This document shows, one piece after another, positions 26,144-34,882 of a stretch of DNA of 64,000 nt; within the stretch, counting starts at the first letter, position 1; each line of letters opens with the position of its first letter. This DNA comes from Octopus sinensis (Eukaryota), in contig NC_043000.1 of NCBI RefSeq assembly GCF_006345805.1, positions 20,894,001-20,958,000 on the forward strand, written 5' to 3'. The notes beneath the pieces are model-generated. The model saw only the letters and a program-made list of their open reading frames with translations, was not told the DNA's origin and searched no databases. Position numbers and translations under genes: made by a program.

Positions 26144-29100
26144 CATATATACGACAGGCTTCTTTCAGTTTCCATCTACCAAATCCACTCACAAGGCATT
26201 GGTCGGCCCAGGGCTATAGCAGAAGACACTTGCCCAAAATGCCAGAGTACAGTACTGCACTGTATAACACATTAATTAAAATATATTAAAGGAAAATGCA
26301 TAGTGTACCGTAGATGAGTAAACAAAGAATCACACATACTGTATGGAAAACGAAACTCGCAAAGCAAGTATGTGGTATTGTTTTGCATTTATATCATCAT
26401 CATCATCGTTTAATGTCTGTTTTCCATGCTAGCATGGGTTGGACGGTTTGACCGGCTCTGAGAAGCCAGGAGGCTGCACCAGGCTCCAGTCTGATCTGCC
26501 AGTGTTTCTACAGCTGGATGCCCTTCATTCTCTACATAACTGTGTCCAGACTATTCATTGCTCAACAGAATGGAGTATTATTGCCACACTTGGAAACAAG
26601 TGGCTGTTAGCACCAGGAACGACATTGGTACACAGGAAACTGTTCCCCAACTATAGTCTTGAAATTTGATAGGCTGACTGTGCTGCAGCCAATTGTGTGT
26701 ATGCTATATATATATATATATATATAAAATATGAATTAGACATAAAAATTATATATATATTATATTAATTATATTTATATTATTTGTTATTTATGTATTG
26801 GTTTATGTCTATCACTGTTTGAGTTGCCTAATAGTGGTTTTATCTCGAATTCATATTTTATATATTTATACTGTGAAATTTGATTTAATACTAAATCTAA
26901 TTTTTCCCTGTAAGTTTGGAGCTATACTCCCTAATATTATTATTATTATTATTATTATATATATTAGATTGTCACACATGAAATGTTACATTTTTAATTA
27001 CTTGTTATTTCAGTCATTTAAAAACTCACTTATGTATACCCTTGCATTTAATTTTGACTCTTTTTCTTTCCGAACAATATTGGTGTACAAAATTCGTACC
27101 CACAGCCAATATGAAAATGTTAACAACTAAAACGGGATCACATGTGGTCGTATCATATAGATAATACAATCGCACGCGATCCCATTCTTATTGAGTTAGA
27201 CAAACCATTTATACATGCAGCACAATAGAACATAAGGGATTGACAACAAGTCACTGTTTGAGAGGCAAGATAAGATTTTATTTACAATGAAGTTAAGGTT
27301 GGAAGTGTATGGGAGCATGCAACACGTATTTGTGTCTGTGTGTTAGTGTGTGACAGAACAATGAATGTGGTTGACATAGAAAAGTACCTGATGGTGGAAG
27401 ATAGCAGTCTTTGGTTGTTGAGCATACATTGGCATAGTGGTTAAGGAACAGTTGTATCATTTTGTTGTTTAGCGCTGTCTCTGAAGCTAGTTCTTACAAG
27501 AACTAAAGACAGGTAATTGATTTACTGTTTATGAGGTACACGAGGTGTAAGAGTTCAATATCAAGATGTTGTGTCTCGGAGCTGACATTTGTTGAAATCG
27601 CTTGTTGCGTTTATCTTCCTGATATGAATTCTTTTCAGATATATTCACTGTAGCCGTTTTTTCCGTGGTGAGATTTTCACCTAACCGCTTGAGTTGAATC
27701 TGTGATAGTCTTGTGTACTATTTAAAACTTCGTAGCTAGGGACGATGTTTGCTTGGTTTTTGTTCCTCTTGATATAGATTCCTGCAACTGTTTTTCCGTG
27801 GTGTGGTTTTCACACAAACAGTATGAGTTGGTTTTGTAGCCATCTTATGTACGAGCTAAATCTTCGTAGGTAGCGACGGAGTTGGTGATGCTGTTATGTC
27901 TGGTTATATGGTCTCCGACCAAGACCTTAGAAGGTCTTAAGCCGACAGACGAAAAGTGTCTGAAACTCTCCTTTTTATATTGTTTGGCTGGCTCAAACGA
28001 ACCTCAGAAATGGGATCTTAATCCAAAGCTGTGATTGGCTGTTTAGCGACAGTGGCGCGAAAATAAGTTGAGACAATTCGTGTCACGTGGCGCGGACTAT
28101 GTAGAGACCACGTGTCAACTGCCAACCAATCAGCTTAGTGTTTACAACAGCATTAAACCAGCCAAAGATGTTTGTTATCTCAAACGAGATCATTCTTTTT
28201 GCTTTCCTCCAACAGTGAAGATAGCAATGGAGAAGCGATATTGCTACACAACCAAACAATGTTGAGTGATTTTCTTGTATGAGTTAAAAATGGGTCACTC
28301 TTCCACAGAAGAATAACAGGCAGGACTTTGGTAATGGTTTTGTTGACATCAGAACTGTTTAGAGATGGTTCTAAAGATCTCGTTCAGGAGATGATAGTCT
28401 TGAAAATGAACTAAGGGGAAGGCCAAAATCAGTTACCCAGAACAAAATCCAAGAGCAATGGTCCAAAAACTTTCATCAGAACTCCAAACATCTTGCACAA
28501 CTCTTTCTCGACACCTGAAAAAAAAAGGATAGGTTTGTTCCACATCAACTGAACGAAATTAAAAAAAAAACAGGCACCTCAAAGTGTGCTTCTTATTGCT
28601 GTCTCAATTGGAAAAAGAATCATTTTTGTATTGAATCATTACATGTGATGAGAAATGGATACTCTTTGACAACAGAACAGGACAGGGATTAGATGCAGGA
28701 GAGTCTGCCTAAAACTACCTAAAACCACCACTGCACCCTAAAAACTTAGTGGTCACTGTATGGTGGTCTGCAAAGGTGGTTGTTCATTATTCATTTTTGC
28801 AACAAGGAAAAATAGTAACAGCAACATCATATTGCCAGGAAATTGATTGTATGCATGAGAATTTGAAAATGAAGCAACCCAGACTAGTGAATAGAGATAG
28901 CCCAATTTTACTCCATGACAAGGCACATCCTCACACTTCTCAAGCTACAGTCCAAAAGTTGCACAGCCTGAATTATGAGTTTTTGCAACATCCTCCTTAT
29001 TCCCCTGATATCTCTCCTACTGATTATCACTTATTTAAGCATTCTGAGCTTTTCATAAGCAATAAAACGTTCTTAAATAGAGAAGAGGTAATTGAAGCAT

Positions 29101-29283
29101 TCAGAGAGTTTATCACAGCAAAAGATGAAATTTTGTTTAAAGACGGAATATATGACTTTGAGTAATGTTGGATGAAGGTCATAAATGAACATGGATTATA
29201 CTTTGATTAAATAAATCAATTCTCTAACACTTCTGAAACATTTTATTGTTAACTTTCAAATACGACATTTCGTGTGTGACAAC

Positions 29284-29322
<39 letters not shown>

Positions 29323-29476
29323 ACATATGAAACCATTAATCCAGACACGTTTTTTTTTTTCTTTCTTGGGTAGTTTTTCTTCTCTCCATGTATTCTTCCC
29401 TCATTCCTTTCTGTAGAAGAGTGTAGACTTGAAACATCAAAGACTCTTTTGCTTTTTGTATAATTTTGAACCATAT

Positions 29477-29517
<41 letters not shown>

Positions 29518-30133
29518 TAGCAGTATCGCCTGGCGTTGCTCGGGTTTGTTTCGACCCTTTAGAATTGGAATTTTTGAAATGTAAAAATTTTGCATTATGT
29601 AGCTTGTTATTCTCTTTAAGTGAACATTTTTCTGGTTGAAATACACCGAAAAATGGCGACACAGCAGTCAAAAAATCGTAAAAAATAGGGATTTTCATAG
29701 TAAAAAAGCACCTTTTTGATGTAAATAATTTTTGGTGTTAACATGGTCCGATTTGAATTTTTCTTCTCTGAAATGAAGAGCAAGCTTTCTTCTATCATAC
29801 TCTCAATTTTGGTCAACTTGCACCACAGGGTCTCGGAGGAAATAGTGTTAGTTGAAGAATACCAAACCTGCCATACACAGATAACTTCAGCTTTATATAT
29901 ATAGATATATTGATAAAAATGGTAAGATAACAGAAGAAAGAAAAAGACCTCGATATTATGCAAAATAGAGGAATTTATCTGTAAATGTAATATGAGACAA
30001 TTATTCGGTAACCATGATAAAACTCCGAGTTTCGGATGCTGAGGTGGAAATCCATGCTGCCATCTCTTCAGTTATCCGGTCATCGGAAAAACGCTATAAA
30101 AAAAAAATATATATATATATACACGCACACATT

Positions 30134-30167
<34 letters not shown>

Positions 30168-33100
30168 AGAGGTACGTAAAACTAACGTCGTAAAGAAAGT
30201 ATACTGGTGTAAATTGTTACGAGAAGTATTTACTCCGTAAAGGAAGGTAACTCCATATAGAGGGACGTAACTCAAGATAAAATTGGTTAGTTGATAGATA
30301 AATAGCTTTTGATAAAATGACTGAGTACTGGGCCAATATGATTGACTAAACTCTTTAAAGGCAGTATTCTAATGTGGCTACAATATAGTGGCTGCATCCA
30401 ACAAAAGAATTAAACCAGTAAAAGAAGAAATATCTCCATGTATGATTGCAGTTTATGGAAAGATTATTGCCATAATTGTTTGATAAATACTAAACTTGAA
30501 ATAATTTCTTCAGTTTAAGTGGTTAGAAAAATCATCAGAAATCAATACATCAAATCATAAAATCAGGTAGCATCAATCAACGAATTTTTTTGTTTTTCAA
30601 TATTTATTGATCTCTTCAGGCTGGTGGATGGCAGAAACATTAGATATCAATAAAAATACAATGTGGAGTTTTCTTATTCCTGTGTTCAAAACCAAAGAAA
30701 GAGTTTATGTCATCTATGAGGGTAAAGGGTAAAGACCCCCTTTAGTCATGATTGTCCATGGGATTTCACCTAGAAAGTTCCCTTCTGAAGCACAAGTCCA
30801 GACAAGGTTGTTTATGGAAGACCAGATGTCGCCCATGCATACCAGCCTCCCCTCTCTGTGCCACTGTTGTCCAAGGGAAAGGAAAAGACTAATACAGCTT
30901 GGCACCTGTGACATCGCAACTCATTTCTACATCTGAAGGAACTGGAATAAAGTGAAATAAAGTGTCTTGCTCAAGAACACAACACACCCTGACCCAGGAA
31001 TTGAACTCATGATAGTGAGCTCAACGCTCTAGCCACTGAGCCATGCACCTTCAAATGTCATCTTTGAGGTCACTGTGAAATAGCAAAGTCACTCAAATGA
31101 CACCCATTAGTAATGTCTTGGGTTTAAATTAGACAATGGATTAAGTCTACTACACAAGTTGGCTATGACTGGATTTGAATAGAAACAGCCCAGAACAAAT
31201 ATCATAAGGCATCTCTTCCAATATTCTAACATCTAGAATCCAATGAAATTGGTGATAGTCTGTGAGAATCAAACATTTTGGCCTCCTAGCGTTAGTCTGA
31301 TAGCATGAAGGGAAGGAAAGAAAAAGTGTTGTCGCTTGGAATGGCCCTGTCTTATTGACTTATAACAGAACCAATAAACTAGATGGGAGTTATTAATTAA
31401 AATCTAAAGCTAACTTTTACAGAACACTTTTTGGTTTCCATGAACCTAAGTAATTCTTGATATTTTATTTTACAGGAAAATCATATTTATTTTACAAATT
31501 GGCTGTCATTCTCAGACAGAAGAATGCAATATTAACTTGCAAAATAAAACTCACTTCCGTGGAGTTCTTTTACAATACAGCATTAACAAGGTAAATTATT
31601 CAGAAACTTCTTTGTCTTTTGTATTTTTTTGCAATATTGTCTTACAGCTATTAGTGTTTTCATAATCAATCTGAAAAAAATCCATTGCACGGGTGATTAG
31701 CCCATTCAACTTCACCAGTTGGCCAGCTTTACCTGTTTCCATCTCTCACAATGAGGACGAGGGATGGATATAGAAAGAGAGGTAGACCTAAGAACTCGTG
31801 GTGTTGATCAACACAAAAGGAACTAGAGAAAGGGGGACATTCATGGCAGAGTATAAGTACAGAAGCAAAACATTATGTGACATGGAATTCAATTATAAGT
31901 GGCCTATACTCCGCGTTGGAGGGTTAAAGGCATAAATAAGAAATAAATAATAATTGTCTTACAGCAGCAAGAGACAAATGGCAGAACCAAGAGAGTAGAT
32001 TGTTTATGGAACTGTGTGATGTTCATTGCATTCTGGGCATATTAGAATTGTTTAATAATGTTTGTTTCATTTATTACACCAGCAGAAACGCCACCCTCTG
32101 GGCAGTTGTCTACAAATGTATGTCATGTTTTTATGTGTTACTGGCAAGGGTGCCATTTGCGTGACACTGGTATCTGCCACGATTGCGATTTTGCTCAGCT
32201 TCATCATCATCATCGTTTAACGTCTGTTTTCCATGCTGGCATGGGTTGGACGGTTTGACTGAGAGCTGGCACCAGACTCCAATCTGATCTGGCAAAGTTT
32301 CTTATTTCTTTATTGCCCACAAGGGGCTAAACATAGAGGGGACAAACAAGAACAGACAAAGGGATTAAGTCGATTACATCAACCCCAGTGCGTAACTAGT
32401 ACTTAATTTATCAACCTCGAAAGGATGAAAGGCAAAGTTGACCTCAGCGGAATTTGAACTCAGAACAAAGGCAGACGAAATACCGCTAAGCATTTCGCCC
32501 AACGTGCTTACGATTCTGCCAGCTTGCCACCTTTAGCTGGATGTCCTTCCTTAATGCCAACCACTCCGAGAATGTGGTAGGTGCTTTTATGTGCCACCAG
32601 CACGAGGGCCAGTCAGGTATTACTGGCATCAACCATGCTCAAATGGAACTTTTTATGTGTCACAGGCACAGGACCCAGTCAGGCAATGCTGGCAACAATC
32701 ACACTTGAATGGTGCTGAGAGAGAGAGATTAAATTCAAGCTGTCACTAGAGTGAAATACATCTACAATCTTCTTTATTGTGCTCATATTTTTGCAGGGTG
32801 TAGAATGGAAACTTCTGGCAAGACATGAACCCAGTGATTACTTAAACCCTAAGAGAGTTGCTTATGACATCCCAAGTAAAGTAGGAGTTCAATTTCGTTG
32901 GTGGCAGCCAGAACATGGTGGAAAGGGACACGACCAATGGGCCATTGACAATGTAGAAATATTAGCGTAAGTAAATACACTTCAAACTTCTATTTTTGTT
33001 TGCCTTTGTTGTTTTACATTCTTCCATCTTGCATAATTCAACTACCATTACCATCTCTTATTGGATAATACAATAATCACTGTACTGTAACTCGTTTGGT

Positions 33101-33963
33101 GTCACATAAATTACAATAAGATTAGCTTGCCTTTCAAAGCATCACATATAATGACATTACTGTAGTGTATATATATATAGCAAGACACCTGTTTCTGTCT
33201 CTCTTTCATCAGCTGACACAAAATCACCTCCTCCTATACCCCCTCCCCTCTTGAAAGTTTGTTTTTTTTTGTTTTACAAGTAATTGGTGACCTTGTCAGT
33301 GCAGGTGTCACTTAAAAGCACTCAGTCCACACTGTAAAGAGGTTAGTGTTTGGAAGGGCATCCTGCTGTAAAAACCTCGCCTATGCTATGTAATAGTATA
33401 TGAAAATAGTATTGGGGCTCATGGAGGCAGTGACCAAGACTTTTGGCATTAGGACTGAACCCAGAACCATGTCGTTCATAAGCAAGCCACTTACCACACG
33501 GCCACTTCTACGCCTAACTTAACTTTGTAGAAATAGTAGTTGAAATTTTTCTTAGTTACTTAACCACGAAGTGAAAAAAGGTGAGATAGTTATCACTGGA
33601 ATTCTTTTCATCTGCTCAGTCAGGACTGACCTGAAGCTAAATAGTGAGATATATTCCTATTGTTGCCATCAACAAGACTAAAGAGCCCTTCCCAAGTCCT
33701 GCAAAAACCACAGCTAATACATTGTCTAATCATCTGTGTAATATCAATGGTGTTTCATGTATTCATCTGCATAGCCTTTCAGTAATATATCTGCACTCTT
33801 TCTGCCATACATTTATATTTGTTTCTTGCACAGCTGTGTAGTCTTATTTTAAATCCTCTAATTCTTTTAAGCAAAAAAAATTTTTTTAACTGATCCTTTC
33901 TTTTTCTTTCCCCCTCTTTTCAGAGTAAAGAACAGAAAAAACCGACCCCATTTGAGTCGCTGA
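8612..33963 (+). CDS. RELN: Reelin, 3' part: join(8612-9151,10289-10496,13224-13399,14561-14667,17624-18018,18820-19061,20342-20499,25517-25733,31476-31590,32797-32966,33924-33963), ~788 aa, 5' incomplete
   Basis: Reelin sub-repeat motifs (LQYS.N.G..W, RWWQP, WALD.V.IG), two EGF modules, last repeat closely matches vertebrate repeat 8 ([31 protein letters not shown]); all GT-AG phases compatible. Confidence 0.95.
9264..9722 (-). mobile_element. RTE LINE 3'-end fragment (source of duplicated segment)
   Basis: (cat)n cgtttaacgtc tail plus tandem units. Confidence 0.88.
9356..9949. repeat. Inverted duplication, copy 2 (partner 1093-1686)
   Basis: The ~225-bp non-RTE part is identical to copy 1; mismatches lie only in the RTE part. 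Confidence 0.93.
10289..10496 (+). CDS. RELN: Reelin exon B (208 nt) with EGF module
   Basis: ctgtag acceptor, cca|gtaaat donor; ATRFQWFQ...WAIRDIYIGKACADMCHGHGFCDNGQCLCDEGYMWATC. Confidence 0.92.
10619..11010 (-). mobile_element. Non-autonomous Helitron-like element, copy 1
   Basis: Minus strand A|TC...CTAG|T with GC-rich hairpin near the CTAG end; near-identical copy at 29516-29906. Confidence 0.7.
12381..12778 (-). mobile_element. SINE family A
   Basis: Full-length reverse copy. Confidence 0.9.
13224..13399 (+). CDS. RELN: Reelin exon C (176 nt)
   Basis: tttaaag acceptor, at|gtaggt donor; TQLKDTFNEPSINRSNWFLVQG...GMRLAETWDLDLRDA; not in ORF track. Confidence 0.9.
13945..14240 (-). mobile_element. 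RTE LINE 3'-end fragment
   Basis: (cat)n tail and gctggatgcccttcctaacgccaaccactc core. Confidence 0.8.
14561..14667 (+). CDS. RELN: Reelin exon D (107 nt)
   Basis: accag acceptor, g|gtaagt donor; FIMYTAIIGG...QSVILQYSINGG. Confidence 0.9.
14851..15280 (-). mobile_element. SINE family A with long (TA)n
   Basis: Full-length reverse copy. Confidence 0.9.
15400..15840 (-). mobile_element. Old, decayed RTE-type LINE ORF2 C-terminal relic
   Basis: Minus strand LLFSSTILPVLLYASEMWAITKRMQY*LAMTQGAMEK, typical post-RT region of RTE elements. Confidence 0.6.
16118..16538 (-). mobile_element. SINE family A
   Basis: Full-length reverse copy. Confidence 0.9.
17314..17531 (+). mobile_element. SINE family B (tRNA-derived)
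   Basis: ggcgaactggcaga...gagttcaaattc (B-box-like)...gtgggtaataaagaaa; 6 clear copies in window. Confidence 0.88.
17624..18018 (+). CDS. RELN: Reelin exon E (395 nt)
   Basis: ttccag acceptor, aag|gtacaa donor; GIIWHTI...TRIRWWQP...WALDNVYIGG...SILQFK. Confidence 0.95.
18820..19061 (+). CDS. RELN: Reelin exon F (242 nt)
   Basis: ctccag acceptor, ag|gtaaaa donor; IAIGC...VHLEFRKNPSIGKWEHL...WTRYTLKLP. Confidence 0.93.
19255..19942. mobile_element. hAT-like MITE interrupted by a SINE A copy
   Basis: TIRs cagtgcttctcaaa / tttgagtagcactg; 8-bp flanks agttataa / agtttgaa (6 of 8). Confidence 0.6.
19425..19822 (+). mobile_element. SINE family A
   Basis: Full-length copy. Confidence 0.9.
20342..20499 (+). 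CDS. RELN: Reelin exon G (158 nt) with EGF module
   Basis: tttcag acceptor, g|gtcagt donor; STQIRWVQ...WALDEIYIGETCPDMCNGRGDCRKGRCFCEPG; not in ORF track. Confidence 0.93.
21329..21810 (-). mobile_element. RTE LINE 3'-end fragment with tandem units
   Basis: (cat)n tail plus several ~64-bp units. Confidence 0.85.
22072..22460 (-). mobile_element. RTE LINE 3'-end fragment
   Basis: Tail, tandem units and gatttt microsatellite as in 61394-62018. Confidence 0.85.
23232..23685 (-). mobile_element. SINE family A with long (CA)n
   Basis: Full-length reverse copy. Confidence 0.9.
24100..24850 (-). mobile_element. SINE family D, fragmented by (TA)n and a piggyBac-like MITE
   Basis: Pieces match 55780-56151 and 48955-49240 (gtggctgagcactccacaga; gacaaggctggccctttgaa; aataaagtgtcttgctcaagg). 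Confidence 0.65.
24436..24655. mobile_element. piggyBac-like MITE (220 bp)
   Basis: TTAA|CCCTTTCGTTAC...GTAACAAAAGGG|TTAA; reversed copy at 42421-42639. Confidence 0.8.
25125..25355 (-). mobile_element. SINE family B
   Basis: Reverse copy of family B. Confidence 0.88.
25517..25733 (+). CDS. RELN: Reelin exon H (217 nt)
   Basis: ttgcag acceptor, gg|gtaagt donor; GTTC...DSFEG...[31 protein letters not shown]; not in ORF track. Confidence 0.95.
25884..26244 (-). mobile_element. SINE family A, head truncated
   Basis: Reverse copy. Confidence 0.85.
26962..29289 (+). mobile_element. Decayed mariner (DD34D-type) transposon with ~1-kb insertion
   Basis: TIRs tattagattgtcacacatgaaatg / rc tattaggttgtcacacacgaaatg; broken transposase from ~28228 (VIFLYELKMG) and ORF 28749-29165 (LLHDKAHPH...HPPYSPDISPTDYHLF). 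Confidence 0.9.
27143..28146 (-). mobile_element. Probable solo LTR inside the mariner
   Basis: TG...CA ends; minus strand CACGTG x2, CCAAT, TATAAAAA (27972-27979), downstream AATAAA (27277-27282); no clean TSD. Confidence 0.5.
29516..29906 (-). mobile_element. Non-autonomous Helitron-like element, copy 2
   Basis: Same ends and body as 10619-11010. Confidence 0.7.
29907..30100 (-). mobile_element. Possible Penelope-like terminal-repeat fragment
   Basis: Minus strand CTGAAGA-gatg...catc-CGAAAC motif, like the degenerate hammerheads of PLE termini. Confidence 0.4.
30720..31052 (-). mobile_element. tRNA-derived SINE family E
   Basis: Shares head/core with family D, distinct tail; second copy 35246-35570. 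Confidence 0.7.
31476..31590 (+). CDS. RELN: Reelin exon I (115 nt)
   Basis: ttacag acceptor, aag|gtaaat donor; KIIFILQIGCHSQTEECN...GVLLQYSINK; not in ORF track. Confidence 0.93.
32206..32716 (-). mobile_element. RTE 3'-end fragment split by a SINE B insertion
   Basis: RTE tail resumes at 32533 after the SINE. Confidence 0.8.
32303..32531 (-). mobile_element. SINE family B
   Basis: Reverse copy of family B. Confidence 0.88.
32797..32966 (+). CDS. RELN: Reelin exon J (170 nt), end of last reelin repeat
   Basis: ttgcag acceptor, gc|gtaagt donor; GVEWKLLARHEP...[25 protein letters not shown]. Confidence 0.95.
33924..33963 (+). CDS. RELN: Reelin terminal exon K, basic tail (A)VKNRKNRPHLSR*
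   Basis: Long pyrimidine tract + cag at 33921-33923; phase matches exon J; basic tail as in vertebrate CTR. Confidence 0.78.
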
Positions 33964-34128
33964 AGAAAGAGCTCCCATAAAAAAAAATTTTAGCAGTTCT
34001 GCCAGTGACACAGGATGTTCTGAACAAAGAAAAGTCCCAAGTGTAAACAATACAAGTAGGAAACCAATGACCCTTGATAAAATATTGTAAATAATCAAAT
34101 ATATAAAAAAAATTACTTTATACAATAG

Positions 34129-34147
34129 TTTATTTCGTTTCTTTATT
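34129..34147 (-). terminator. Tandem AATAAA polyadenylation signals, candidate KIN17 3' end
   Basis: tttatt at 34129-34134 and 34142-34147 on +. Confidence 0.5.
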
Positions 34148-34601
34148 GTACCATGTCACCACTGTTGGAAAGAAAAAAAACTATTTTGTTAGATCTTGGA
34201 GATGATCTACATATGATCCAACATATTTTGGGATTTTTTCCCCAACATGGTGAGAATAGATTGATTCTTCTACTGGAATTGAGCCTTAATTGTTCAGTTT
34301 TAAAATTGTTCAAATCCTTTAATGTTTGTACAGTAATAGAAGAAAATGTCAAAGAATATGCCTCAATCTAAAAATGCTTAAAGATTTACATTAATTATTT
34401 ACACAGAGTAAAACTACTCAGTCTTTTAATCTTCGATTATATAAAGTACTTTAATTTCCAATGGAATGGCTAATCTTCAGAGATTAGGATGGAAAACAAT
34501 TAGCACCAACTTCTGTCTAACAATTGTAAGATCCAAGTAAAGTGCTGTACCCACACCATGTGAATGTCTACTTGTATAGTCATTGCATGACACCATGATT
34601 G

Positions 34602-34607
34602 AATAAA
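34602..34607 (+). terminator. AATAAA, first canonical polyA signal after the reelin stop
   Basis: gaataaatta at 34601-34610. Confidence 0.4.
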
Positions 34608-34810
34608 TTACAGTTGTTGATGAAATCTAGCACTGCTAGATATGAAGATAAGGATTGTGGGAGCAGAATATCAATGCAAAATAATCAATTGAAATGATCA
34701 ATTGAAATGAAAATCAATCACATTGTATATGACATTAGATGCAAAACCAGCCTGAGATTTGTAGATAAAATTCATAGATGTATCATAATGATTATCTTCT
34801 TTAGTTAGCT

Positions 34811-34882
34811 TCATGTTGGTTGATACAATTTACTTATATCTTCATATTGCACCCCTTCGAGTACTCTGCCTGCTAATGGACC
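34811..34882 (-). CDS. KIN: KIN17 exon 10 (last), GPLAGRVLEGVQYEDISKLYQPT*
   Basis: ttgcag acceptor; TGA at 34813-34811. Confidence 0.93.
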   Translation of the reverse strand, partial: GPLAGRVLEGVQYEDISKLYQPT

